Shown in pieces: positions 42,801 to 53,022 of a DNA stretch of 64,000 bases. The DNA comes from an uncultured Verrucomicrobiae bacterium (GTDB lineage: Bacteria > Verrucomicrobiota > Verrucomicrobiia > Limisphaerales > JAFGQR01): NCBI GenBank assembly GCA_963788655.1, contig CAWBHS010000027.1, forward strand, positions 41,645-105,644, written 5' to 3'. The notes beneath the pieces are model-generated. The model saw only the letters and a program-made list of their open reading frames with translations. It searched no databases and had not been told where the DNA came from. The position numbers were made by a program, and so were the translations under genes. The number at the start of each line of letters is the position of its first letter. Position 1 is the stretch's first letter.

Positions 42801-45800
42801 CAGGTAGTCTGTCGCGTCCCACATGACATCGTAGATGGTCTTCCGGCCAGCAATAATGATGGCTTTGCCGGTCCGGGTGACCTCGTTGGAATCCGACCAC
42901 GTTCACGTAGGCTCGGCCGATCAATCCGTTGGCGTTCCGCGCCTCGATAATGTCCAGCGTTGAAACGCGTCCTCCGTTGACGATCAAGGACCAGGCGTTC
43001 AAGGTTCCAACATCTTGCGGAGCCTCGTCGCGCACGATCAGTTTCCAGGTTCCTTGAACGCTTTGGCCGTTGAAATCCGCAAGGGTTCCCGGCCCGTCCG
43101 GAGGCACTCCCATCTGATCATCGTAGGTCCGATAAACGTTGTCCGCATCGCCACCGCTCCTGTTGTGCAGGCGCACAGTGGTTCCCTGGGGTGATACCAA
43201 ATCGACGGTCAAATCCTCCCGATACGTGTGGGAAATGCTCAAGGACACGTTAAGATCCGTCACAATGATCGAGGAATTGACGACGAGAACATTGGTGATT
43301 CCAGACGGTGAGGACGATGAGTAATCCGGGATCGTCAGTGCCAGGTTCTCGCGAGAGAACTCATCCCCAGCGGGTAACGCTTGTCCAGCGACGTATTGGC
43401 CAGTGTTCGGCTCGATAACCGCACCTGACGCATTATGGACGAAATACCACAGGTAGGGTGGCGATCCGCCGGCGGCCGAGAACATCTTCGCTTCGCCTTC
43501 CGTCATAGTTGAGGTGGGGGAGTCAGCTCCAGTCCTGGGAAACATTGCGCCAGAGGTTCACCCCACCGTTCTGCTCACCGACGAACAGGTCCGCATACCC
43601 GTCCCCATCGATATCCGCGAAGACAGGCTGACTGTTCCAACCGACATCGATGTCGTTAAAAGTCTGGGTTACGAGCTGGAAGTTTGGAACGTCGGCACTG
43701 CCCACATTTCGGTAGAACCAGATCTTCCCATGTTCGTTGCCGACAAACAGATCCTGATCCCCATCCGCGTCGATGTCCCAGAAGGTGGGTGCGGCATCGT
43801 AGCCGACGTCAACGCCCATCCAGTTGGTAACTCCAGTGCCCACGCGGCATTCGCCGGAGTTCCGATGTTGGCGTAGTAGGTCAAATGGCCGTAGCGATCC
43901 CCGGTGACCAGGTCGAAAGTTCCATTGCCATTCAGATCACAGAAGGTCGGAGCCACAAACGTGCCGATGTTGATATTCGCGTATGTGCCAGTCTGTAGTG
44001 ACCACGCCGGCTGCCCTGCGGAACTGTTGGTAAAGCAGCCTATTCGGCCTGAGGAATCGCCGAGAAACAGTTCCTGTTTCCCATCGGCATTGATATCGCA
44101 AAGTGCGGCGGTGAGAACGCGATAGAAATACCACTGGCCCTCAGATGAGTAGCGGTTGAAAGCAAAGGTCTCATAGAGGTAGGTTGTCGGGAAATTTAAT
44201 AGCGCAACCATAGGACTTCCTTGATTTCGGTAGAAGTGGCCAAATCCAGTTTCATCCACCGTGAGCAGGTCCACGGTGCCATCATTATTCATATCCGCAA
44301 CACAAATCCCGCCGCCTTTGACGACAGAAGAGTAACTTCCCGAAGTGCCACTTTCAATTCCGAGCATGTGATGATCAGCATAAGCCGAGTCGAACATTGG
44401 GGAAGTGGTCGTTCCGGTGTTCAGGAAGGAATGCACGTTTCCGGCATAGTCACCGACCAGAAGGTCGAGCTTTCCATCTCCGTTGATATCGCCAACGGTC
44501 GGATGGGCATATTCGCCAACCTGGATGCCACTGAAATTATCGACCGGTGCGCCCCAGAACGGTCGCGGCGGGCGTGCCCAAGTTGGGCACGTACGTCAAG
44601 GTGCCAACCGCTTTCCCGACGATCAGGTCCAACGTGCCATTCCCATCCATGTCGCCGAAGACGGGTGAAAGGTCAGAGGTGGTCAAGCCGGCGTAATTCA
44701 TTTGGGCAGGGCGGAAAGCCGGGTTGGCAGGCGTGCCCGAGTTGGTGAAACAGGAAATGCCGTTGCTTTCACTGCCGATATAGAGCTCCGGTTTCCCATC
44801 GGCATCGAGGTCGGCGAAAGCAAGTTGGGCAAGATTCCCGACGCCATTGGTTCCGGTCGTAATACCGCCCAAATGGTCATCCACCAACTGCCAAAGAATC
44901 TGATCTCCTTCCAAGCCGCGATTGCGATAATATTCAGTCACATTGCTGTAAAACGTGACCACGCACATCTCGTTGGTTCCGTCGCCGTCCAGGTCTGCAA
45001 AACGAGGACAGGAATAATCGGAGGTCCGATAAAATTCATAACCCACTTTTTGGGCCCAAAGCCGGCGACCGTTCAGGTCAAAGGCATACAGCATTCCCTT
45101 GCCCTCAAACGAGCCGACGATGATCTCTTTTTCACCGTCGCCGTCCAGGTCGGCGGCTTCCACACAATTCGCTCTTCCGCTATTGATCGGGAAAGCGCGC
45201 TGAAGATGGCCGTCCTGCGGATCCCGCATTTCGACCCGGTTGGCATCCAGCGCAAGGAGAATATTAGTGCCCTGGTTCAGGCCCAAGTCACGTACCACCA
45301 TGCTCCGAATCTGGGCCGGAAGATCGACAAACCAGTTGGTGGAAAAACCGCCAGTTGGAGTCCAGGAGTACCGGATCAGGCGGTTGGACGAAGTAGTCAA
45401 GAGGTCGTGGCCTGCTCCGTTTGGTAGAAATTGCATCGATTGGCAACCGGCATCCAGAAAATCAACTTCCTGCCCCGTTTCGTCCAGGAGCAGGATCCGC
45501 CCCTGCAATAGGGCGGCAATTTGCGTGGTTCCGTCAGACGCCAGATTCACCGCTTTGATCGATGTAATTCCGTTGGCCGGGCCATGACGCTGGTCATCGA
45601 GGATGAACTGCCAGCGGCTTTGTCCGGCAAAGGTGACCGCCTCAACCAACCCTGGTCTTGCCGTACCAAGACAGTCTCCAAGCAGTGTGCCTCCAGCAAC
45701 CAGGTAACTATTACTTTGGCCTGCATGGACAACATCCGCTGACGAGAATGTGTTGGGCCCAACCGTCCAAATCGTGTCGCCAGTGCTGGGATTGAGCAAC

Positions 45801-46607
45801 CGAAGCCCTTCGCCGCCGCAGAAGACCAAGGCGTCCTTTACGGCATCGTTATTGGTGTCGATCGCGAAAGGACTGGATCCTTGCGCACTCATGCCGTACA
45901 CGGGGTGGATCAACTGATAATAAAGATGGGAACCCAAGGAATAGTTATTTTCGTGGATGTGGGAAGGTGCTTCCCCCCAGATGTTGGTACCAGCAAAGCG
46001 AGCAATGAACCCTGATTGAGGGCAATCGGCGGGGCTGAAATCATTGTTAATGCCGGCAAGAAAGATGTCGTCGGCCCCCGTGCCATCCATGTCCTCCACC
46101 ACTGGTTGCATCACCCCGCCCGGATTCCAGGTACGATCCCAGGAGCATCCCATTCGTGCCTTTGTACAGCGCCATAAGTCCAGGGAACCAGCCATACGGG
46201 GTGCATTGGACGAGCAATTCCTCGGCACCGTCCCCGTCGAGGTCGCAGGGAGTTACATTCGCGGGATTCATTCGGGCACCCGGCGCCATGTTGTTGTAAT
46301 CCTCGGAGACCAGGCTCCAAACCGGGACTTGCGGGGTGCCGGTATTGCGGAAATAAAACACGGCCCCACCATTTCCCCGACCGGCGTTGCCCACAAACAA
46401 GTCGAGTCGCCCGTCGTTGTCGATGTCCACCAAAGTTGGCGAAGCCTGCCCCATCCCTCCTTCAAACAACGGCCGGCGCGTTCCCCCTGACAATCCTTCG
46501 TAAACCCGCTCCCACGAGGGATCGGTGGCTGCACGTGTCTCAACCACGCCCGTCGCCCCAAGTGCCAGAATGCTTGCCCAAGTGAGAATTGCACGAACTG
46601 ATTTCAT
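39878..46607 (-). CDS. Giant secreted protein (~2,200 aa): FG-GAP repeats + proprotein-convertase P-domain + tandem C13/caspase-fold peptidase domains (several frameshifts)
   Basis: Signal peptide at 46607; many DxDGDGxxDL repeats across consecutive ORFs; HTYREDL..L.SPQGT..GTWKL..D...DVGTLNAWSL (P-domain); YLVDHG and IDCCYSG dyad; C-terminal FYRARL. Confidence 0.8.
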
Positions 46608-46666
46608 AAGCCCAATTGGTTTTCTAAGGTTTTCTAAGGTTCAACCAAAGCAATCGTTTCCCAATG

Positions 46667-46699
46667 CTTCCTTTCATGGAGGGTGCGCGCATCATACAG
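46667..46699 (-). promoter_or_regulatory. Candidate ECF-type promoter motif (copy 2)
   Basis: Minus strand reads CTGTATGA-N17-AAAGGAAG, ~60 nt upstream of the giant protein start. Confidence 0.4.
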
Positions 46700-46827
46700 G
46701 TTTCTACCCTATTGGCCAGTCCAAAAGTGGTGTTCCACGGCAGCAGCGGTTGTTGCCCGACGACGCCGACATCGCCAAGGCTCGGCGTGCGTCTCTTGAA
46801 AGTATGGAAATCCCGTTGCATCGCAGC

Positions 46828-49800
46828 TCAGAGATTCAACGTAAGGCGCGCATAGAACACCCGTCCGCGGGGGATACTCGGGGTGGTAGTTGAGCGGGCT
46901 GAAACTGTAATCCTGGTTCAACAGATTCATGAGTCCCAGAGTGAGATCACCGCGGCGATGAGGGAAACGGTAGCCGACAAACACGTTCAGCAATTGAAAA
47001 TCATCGCCCGGCGGTCCAGCCTTCGAACCATCAAGCTGCTGCAGGATTTCCCAAAAACCTCCACGGGCAAAAATACCGGACTGATCGTACCAGGTAGCCG
47101 TCAGCCCCCACTGATGCCAATCCGCCTCGGAGCGGATTGTGCGCTGGTAAGTGGGCGTAGCCGGAATGTCCGGTCGCGTCTGCTCGAGTTCGGATCGGGT
47201 GAATTGATACTCCGCGCCCAAAGCCCATTGGCGTCCCACGGTCTGGTTCAGAATGGCCCGCGCGTTGAACTCGCGGTAATTCAGGATTTCGCTGGTGCTA
47301 GCCTGTTCCGTGGTGCTTGGGAGGAAGTTGGCATGGAAGAGCCCCACTGCCTGATCCACCTTCTCCCGAAGGACTTCCCCTTGCAGGCTCAACCAGGCAT
47401 TTTTCCAGGGCCGGAGGTCGAACGCACCCCCGATAAGCTCATACCGGGGCGCTTCCACCGAACCCACGATGGACTCCGAGATCAGGGAGCGGAAGGACTG
47501 ATTGAACCCGGCGAGCTGGGTCGGTTCTAGCCGAACGCTGCCATCGTAACTCACTCCGCCGACGCCTTGGGCATAAGCGGTTCGGGCACGCAATCCGGAG
47601 GTAATGTCCCACAGCACGGCGCCCTTGGGGGAAACCTGGGACTGTTCCGACTGCTTGTTGTTCAGCGGTGGCCGGCGATAGTTGGCCGGATAGGTCAAGT
47701 CGTCGTAGGCCAGCCCACCGATGAGCATGAGGCCGTCCACGATTTCCCAGTGATGATAAGTGTAGAGCGAGAGCCGCTGGAAGTCCGTGTCAGTGGCAGA
47801 AGTTTCCGGCAGAGTCCACGGGAGTGAAGTTTGGGCGGGGTTGTCCAGCGACGCAATCGCTTCAAAGTGACCATCCTGATAGCGGGCACCGAGGATGTCC
47901 GTGTGGCGCTCGCGCTGGAACACCTGGTTCAGCTCGGCGGTGTAAGTAACGAACTTGCTTTGATAATTAACGTCAAACGGAATTGCCCGGGGATCGATCA
48001 TGTTGGGGGGATTAACGGTTGCGATGATCTGGCCGGCGGCCGTATCGCTCAACTTCTGATCATTCACCAACCGGCCGCCCAGGAACAGCGTATGAATGCC
48101 GGGGGACCATTCGTGATGCCAGCCGGCAAGGAGCATAGGCGCCTGCGTTTCTGAATAGTCAAAGTCCGGGCGAGCGAAACTAGCGTCGTAATACTGAAAA
48201 TTGTCGCCGGCCTGGTAATCCTGGTATTTGATCAGGGCGAGGGCGGAGTCGTTGGGAGTCACCTGGTATTTAAGCTGACTGTACCACTCGAGGCGGTTGA
48301 GTTCATTGTTGGGCCGCACGCCCTCGTTGTGCTGCCAGTCGAGGTCCAGTGAATAGCTGAAAGGGCCCACCGCTCCATATTGGGACGCGCGTTCGCGGTA
48401 TTGCCCATCGGTGCGCAGCTCGGAGGTTGTGGTCAGCCCCAACCGGTCGTGCGCAAAAAGCCGGGCATACTCCTGCTGGGAAACATTGGCCGAAATCGTG
48501 GGCACCCCTGGCGGGGCCTGTAAGTTGGCCAGCAGCAATTCGTTAAACCAGGGGGTTTCGTAACGCAGGTTGAACCGGGTGGGATCGCGCAGCGCATCGT
48601 AGCTTTGCGCCAGGAACAGGTGGGCCGAGTAGTTGGCATAGTCGTATTCCGTTGCACGGGCAGCCTCCCGCAGGCTGACATCATACAAACCCGCATCCCG
48701 GTAAATGGAAGCCAGATTGGCGCTCCTAACCGCCTGGTCCTGATCGAGGAGCAAGTGCGACCTGAAAAGGACACGGTTGGTATTCAGATCCTTTGACCGT
48801 CCGAGGTCGCTGATGGCTTCGTTGATGCGATTCTGTTCCTGTCGAAGCAAAGCCAGGTAAAGCCATGGCGTCGGATCTGCGGGATCCAGTTTGCTCGCGT
48901 AATTCAATTCCTTCTCGGCCAACCGGAGATCCCCAGCTTCGGTATATCCCTTGCCGAGATAGCTGCGTAGCAGAGCACGATCCGGCTCCAAGCCGGCTGC
49001 TGCTTGCAGATCCGCCAGCCACGCTTCCTGTCGGGGTGACGATCCGGCCTCGTGCGCTTGGAACCAGCCAAGACGACGCTCGCACAGGCCGCGGCCGAGC
49101 CAGGCGTTGCCGAGCGCGGAGTCCAACTGTATGGCCTCATTGAAGCAGCGGAGAGCATCCTTGATGTGGTTGTCGGCAGCCAGGAGAAAGCCCTTCAGCG
49201 CGTGCGCCTGCGCATTGCGTGGCGCGAACCGCAAGGCTTTTTCGACCGCCTCGCGAGCCGCCCGTGTATGGCCAAATCCAAATTCCAGCTCGGCCACCCG
49301 GGCCCACCCAAAGCCGAACCGAGGGGATTGCGCCACCGCCTCGCGGGCATCGCGCAAGGCCTGTTTGAGGTCATGCGCCGACTGATGCTGGTAGGAAAGA
49401 GCCAGCCATTCACTTGCGGAGCGTGATGCCGCGACAATCGCTGGAATCCCAACTCTCGAACCGCTCGGAATGTCTTTTCGCGACACGGCGGCAATCACGG
49501 TACGCAGTGCAATCGCGGCGGATAACGGCTGAGATAGCTTGCGCAACTGGGCCTCGGCTTCATCAACACTTCCCACCGCCAAGTGCAGCGCGGCCAGCAG
49601 CACCCGCTGGGCATCAGTGGTTGCCGGGCGCAACGTTGGATACCCTGGCCACGCTTTCAAGGCGCTCAGCAAGTCGCCCGCGCGATACGCATTCAGGCTC
49701 GCCTCTAGCAACGCCTGATCTTCCGGCAGTAGGCCAATTTCATCAGGATCCAGCACGCCGGGGTAATGAATCCACCATTGGACGATGTTCGTGGCCTGGA

Positions 49801-50519
49801 GCACCGGATGCACTTCAATAAGGAGACCTGGAACAACGATGCCCTGCTGTCCGCTACGAACCGTCTGGGTGTCCACGTCGTTGCTTACCTCAACCTCACC
49901 GTCAAACATAACAAACTCGGTGTGATCCTTTTCCACCACCACCAGAAATTCCGTTCCGTGTGGCGTGGCACGCGAGTGTGGTGTCTCGATGAGTGCTTGC
50001 GGAGATGGCAGCCGGCTGGAAACGCGCAGTTGTCCTTCCGTCACATATACGATGGGCTCGTTGGTGTTGGCGTTCGGGAAGCGAATCGCTCGCGGGTATG
50101 GCCGGCGACCGGGAACGCGCGCTTGTCTTCCAGTCATATAGACGACGAGTTCATTGGTGTCGGCGGACGGAATGTGAATCTCCAGCGTGGTCAACTGCTT
50201 GAGCATCAGTAGATTCTCGTCCAGGAATTTCACGGCGGCCCGGCTGTGCGCCAGCGTGCGCAGGGAGTCGCCGTTGATCAATTCCTTCACGGGCTTGGCT
50301 TCCGACTCGACGGTCAGACGTTGATGCCGGGCATGACCTTCTCGCTCGGGACATCTGGCCTGCCTGTTCACTGATCTCCACCTCATTGATGCTCACGGCG
50401 GCCCCATAGGTGTCCGGCGGCAGGCGCACCGCGGCGCATAGCAGGAGAACGCCGGCGAGTTTGACGGCTCCGGGCGCCCACCTGGGGGTGGGCATCTGTC
50501 GTCGCTGGTGAGAGTTCAT
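46828..50519 (-). CDS. FecR-domain + TPR + TonB-dependent-receptor-like beta-barrel protein (frameshifts ~50360 and ~46870)
   Basis: Signal peptide; ETPHSRATPHGTEF..FDGEVEV (FecR); multiple TPRs; barrel ending GLMNLLNQDY..RVFYARLTLNL*. Confidence 0.85.
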
Positions 50520-50539
50520 GGATTCCCCTCCGTCGGCTC

Positions 50540-51359
50540 AATTGTCGGCATCCAGAGTGGACCCCAGCAGATCTTTCACCCAAGGGCAAGGTTACCGTCC
50601 TCCTCGTCAGCCATCAGTTTCTTATACAGGCCGGTGAACTGGTCAGCCGGTACAGATTCGAAATCTTGCTGGTTGATCAGCCTGAGCCCACCCAGGGCTT
50701 CGGCCAGTTCGGGCAACCATGGGGGAACCGCCTGTTGGACGATCTCCAGCGGCCAAAGAATCCCTTCATCCGTGATCACCCCTTTACCATCAGGCGCAAA
50801 AAGATCGAGGCAATCGGCAACCGCGACGTGCGCCAATCGCAAATGGGATTCCCGTTCTTGCATCCCAGACGCAGGAAATTGCGGTTGACCGTGCTGGTGA
50901 CCAGGCGCAGTTCATCCGGACTGAACCGGGCGCAATTCACCACTCGTCATGGACCATCGGTTCACCACCGGGGCCAATGAATGGGTGTCCCGGATCCGCA
51001 CCCTTTTACCCGAAGTGGTCGCGATCAATGGCCGTTTGGGCTGGCGTCGAGGAACAGCCCCGGAATCACGGTGAGTCCTCTCCAGGGCCCGCATAAGCCG
51101 TTCCGGGGCTCCGCTCCGTCGCGGATCCGCCGGTGGATCATTCAAGCGTTGATAGGGAATAGGAACTGTCCAAGTAAACAGGCCGGGTCCGTTCGGCTCG
51201 GTGACGGCCAAGAGGAAGCTGTCCTTTTCGGCCGAACTGCAAGCGGTGGACCCAGCGTGGTGTGGACCGGCCTAGAACCACGTGGCTGAGCGGAATCCGC
51301 TGCCGGTGGCCCACAGGCGCAGGTTCCCGCTACGGGTAGCCGTGACCACAACCTGGCTA
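50540..51359 (-). pseudogene. 3' remnant of a WD40-repeat protein, 5'-truncated and heavily frameshifted
   Basis: NSQVVVTATRSGNLRLW, NCARFSPDELRLVTS and WDARTG pieces in shifting frames; C-terminal VPPWLPELAEALGG. Confidence 0.6.
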
Positions 51360-53004
51360 TTAGTCCCTTACCGGGAAAATCCTGTGCAAGAGGCGCAACC
51401 TATTTGAGGGTTTATGCGCTGGCGTTGGCCAACCCTGGGACGAGCAGGTGTTCCTTGAGTTTGAGTCCCACCAGCACCGCGCGCCGTCCCAGTTCCGTCA
51501 GGTAATACTTGTAGGTCTTGCCGGCTTTTTTGATTAATCCGTGCAGCCGCAGCCGCTTGAGGATTCGCCCGATCTGGCCGCTGCTCTTTCCCGGCAGCAC
51601 CGCTTGCAGCCGCCGGTTGCTCATCCCGCTGATTTGATACTCGCCGCGCACGATCCCCAGCAGCACCGTCAGATCGTGCCCGAGGAAAAAGTTGAACCCG
51701 CGCCAACTCCGCTCCCGTTCATCCGTCACTGGCCGGCTGATTTTATCCAAGTTGGTCGGCCCGCCGCTGCGGTCTTCCAACTCTCCGATAAACTCCAGAT
51801 ACCTTGCACAGCCGGCCCGCATCAACCCGGCCAGATCGCCCAGGCTGAAGATCGATTTCTTTAGGTCCGCCACCCGATAGTCGCTGCTGCCATCCCGATG
51901 TTCCACCTTGCGGTGGTGTCGATAGAAGCTCACGTCGTTGCTCACGCATTCCAGGCGCAGCACGCGTCCGGCCTGGTCATACATCTTGATCGCCTGCCGG
52001 TTGAGCTGGTGTTTGATGCGCGTGCCTTCGACGCGCGTATGAAAGTCGCTCTGCGCCTCAGCCTCCGGACTGAGCCGCTTATTCAGGAACCGGGCGATGT
52101 CCGGTGCCTTCACCGTGAAGATGGCCTGCCGGCTGATCTCCTGGTAAACCGGACGCAGGGCGGCGGCGCGCTTGAACACCACGTCCAGCGCATACTCCAC
52201 CTGCATGAGACTCCAGTGGTAGCCGCCGCGAAACTGTTTGACCACCGGGCAAAACTCCTCGGCCAGGGCGTGCAGGCGGGCCGCCAACACTCTTGATCTC
52301 GAAGCCCTCGACCAACGCCTGGGCCTTCGCCCAATCCCTGCAGGAGACAAACGTATTGTCGGCCAGCTCATGGGGGATGGCCGTGCGTGCGCAATTGATT
52401 GGCCAGCCAGGCGTGCTGGTTGAAGTAAACTTGCAGCCGGAAGGGCAGCCAGGTGGGCACGCGCATGTAACCCAGGCCCAACTGCTCGTCGATAAAATAG
52501 AAGTAGTAGTGCAGGCACCGTCCGCCCGTGAGCTTGAGTCCCGTCGCGCCCGGTCTTCTGGTCGTGCCAGGGCTTGAAACATTTGCACGATTCCATGGCG
52601 GAGAAGATGTGGACCAAGCCGGGATGCCGTCCGCGCTGTTCAAGAATCTCAGCGACCCGCGCTTCCTTGCGCAGCCCCTTACGTTCCAAATACTGGATTT
52701 CCAGACCGGCCTGACGGGCCAGCAGGATGGCGTTATCGCGCACCTGATCGCGCAAGGGTTCGGCGAAGACGCCCAGATCAAAGCAGCGGATATTCAGATG
52801 CCGAAGCTGGGCCGTCATGGCGTCGGGATGCCCCACATCGACGAGCATACCAGTGACAATGAGACGGTCGTAGCAGCCGAGCGTCCCCTCGATATCTTTG
52901 GCGTAACGGTCCAGCAGTTTGGATTGGAGATCACTGCCCGCTTTGATCGGTGCATTCATGCACCAACTTTACCCAAACTCTTGGTTCCGGCTACGCCGGG
53001 TTAG
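51360..53004 (-). mobile_element. IS-like element without TIRs, bounded by TTAG at both ends, with a terminal hairpin
   Basis: TTAG at 51360-51363 and 53001-53004; hairpin CCGGC-TAC-GCCGG directly inside the right TTAG; single ORF; abuts the WD40 remnant. Confidence 0.65.
51412..52959 (-). CDS. Putative non-DDE transposase/Rep-like protein with C-terminal winged HTH (compensating frameshifts ~52290-52550)
   Basis: GTLGCYDRL; CLHYYFYFID..LGLGYMRVPTWLPFRLQVYFNQH (alternate frame); QVEYALDVVF, IKMYDQ, LRLECVSND; wHTH LKRLRLHGLIKK...YKYYLTELG. Confidence 0.7.
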   Translation of the reverse strand: MNAPIKAGSDLQSKLLDRYAKDIEGTLGCYDRLIVTGMLVDVGHPDAMTAQLRHLNIRCFDLGVFAEPLRDQVRDNAILLARQAGLEIQYLERKGLRKEARVAEILEQRGRHPGLVHIFSAMESCKCFKPWHDQKTGRDGTQAHGRTVPALLLLFYRRAVGPGLHARAHLAALPAASLLQPARLAGQSIAHARPSPMSWPTIRLSPAGIGRRPRRWSRASRSRVLAARLHALAEEFCPVVKQFRGGYHWSLMQVEYALDVVFKRAAALRPVYQEISRQAIFTVKAPDIARFLNKRLSPEAEAQSDFHTRVEGTRIKHQLNRQAIKMYDQAGRVLRLECVSNDVSFYRHHRKVEHRDGSSDYRVADLKKSIFSLGDLAGLMRAGCARYLEFIGELEDRSGGPTNLDKISRPVTDERERSWRGFNFFLGHDLTVLLGIVRGEYQISGMSNRRLQAVLPGKSSGQIGRILKRLRLHGLIKKAGKTYKYYLTELGRRAVLVGLKLKEHLLVPGLANASA

Positions 53005-53022
53005 GATGACCAGCCGTGGAAG

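Noticed and set aside
51412..52959. MarR-family transcriptional regulator
   Set aside because: The wHTH covers only the last ~80 aa of a ~515-aa protein, and the context indicates a mobile element.
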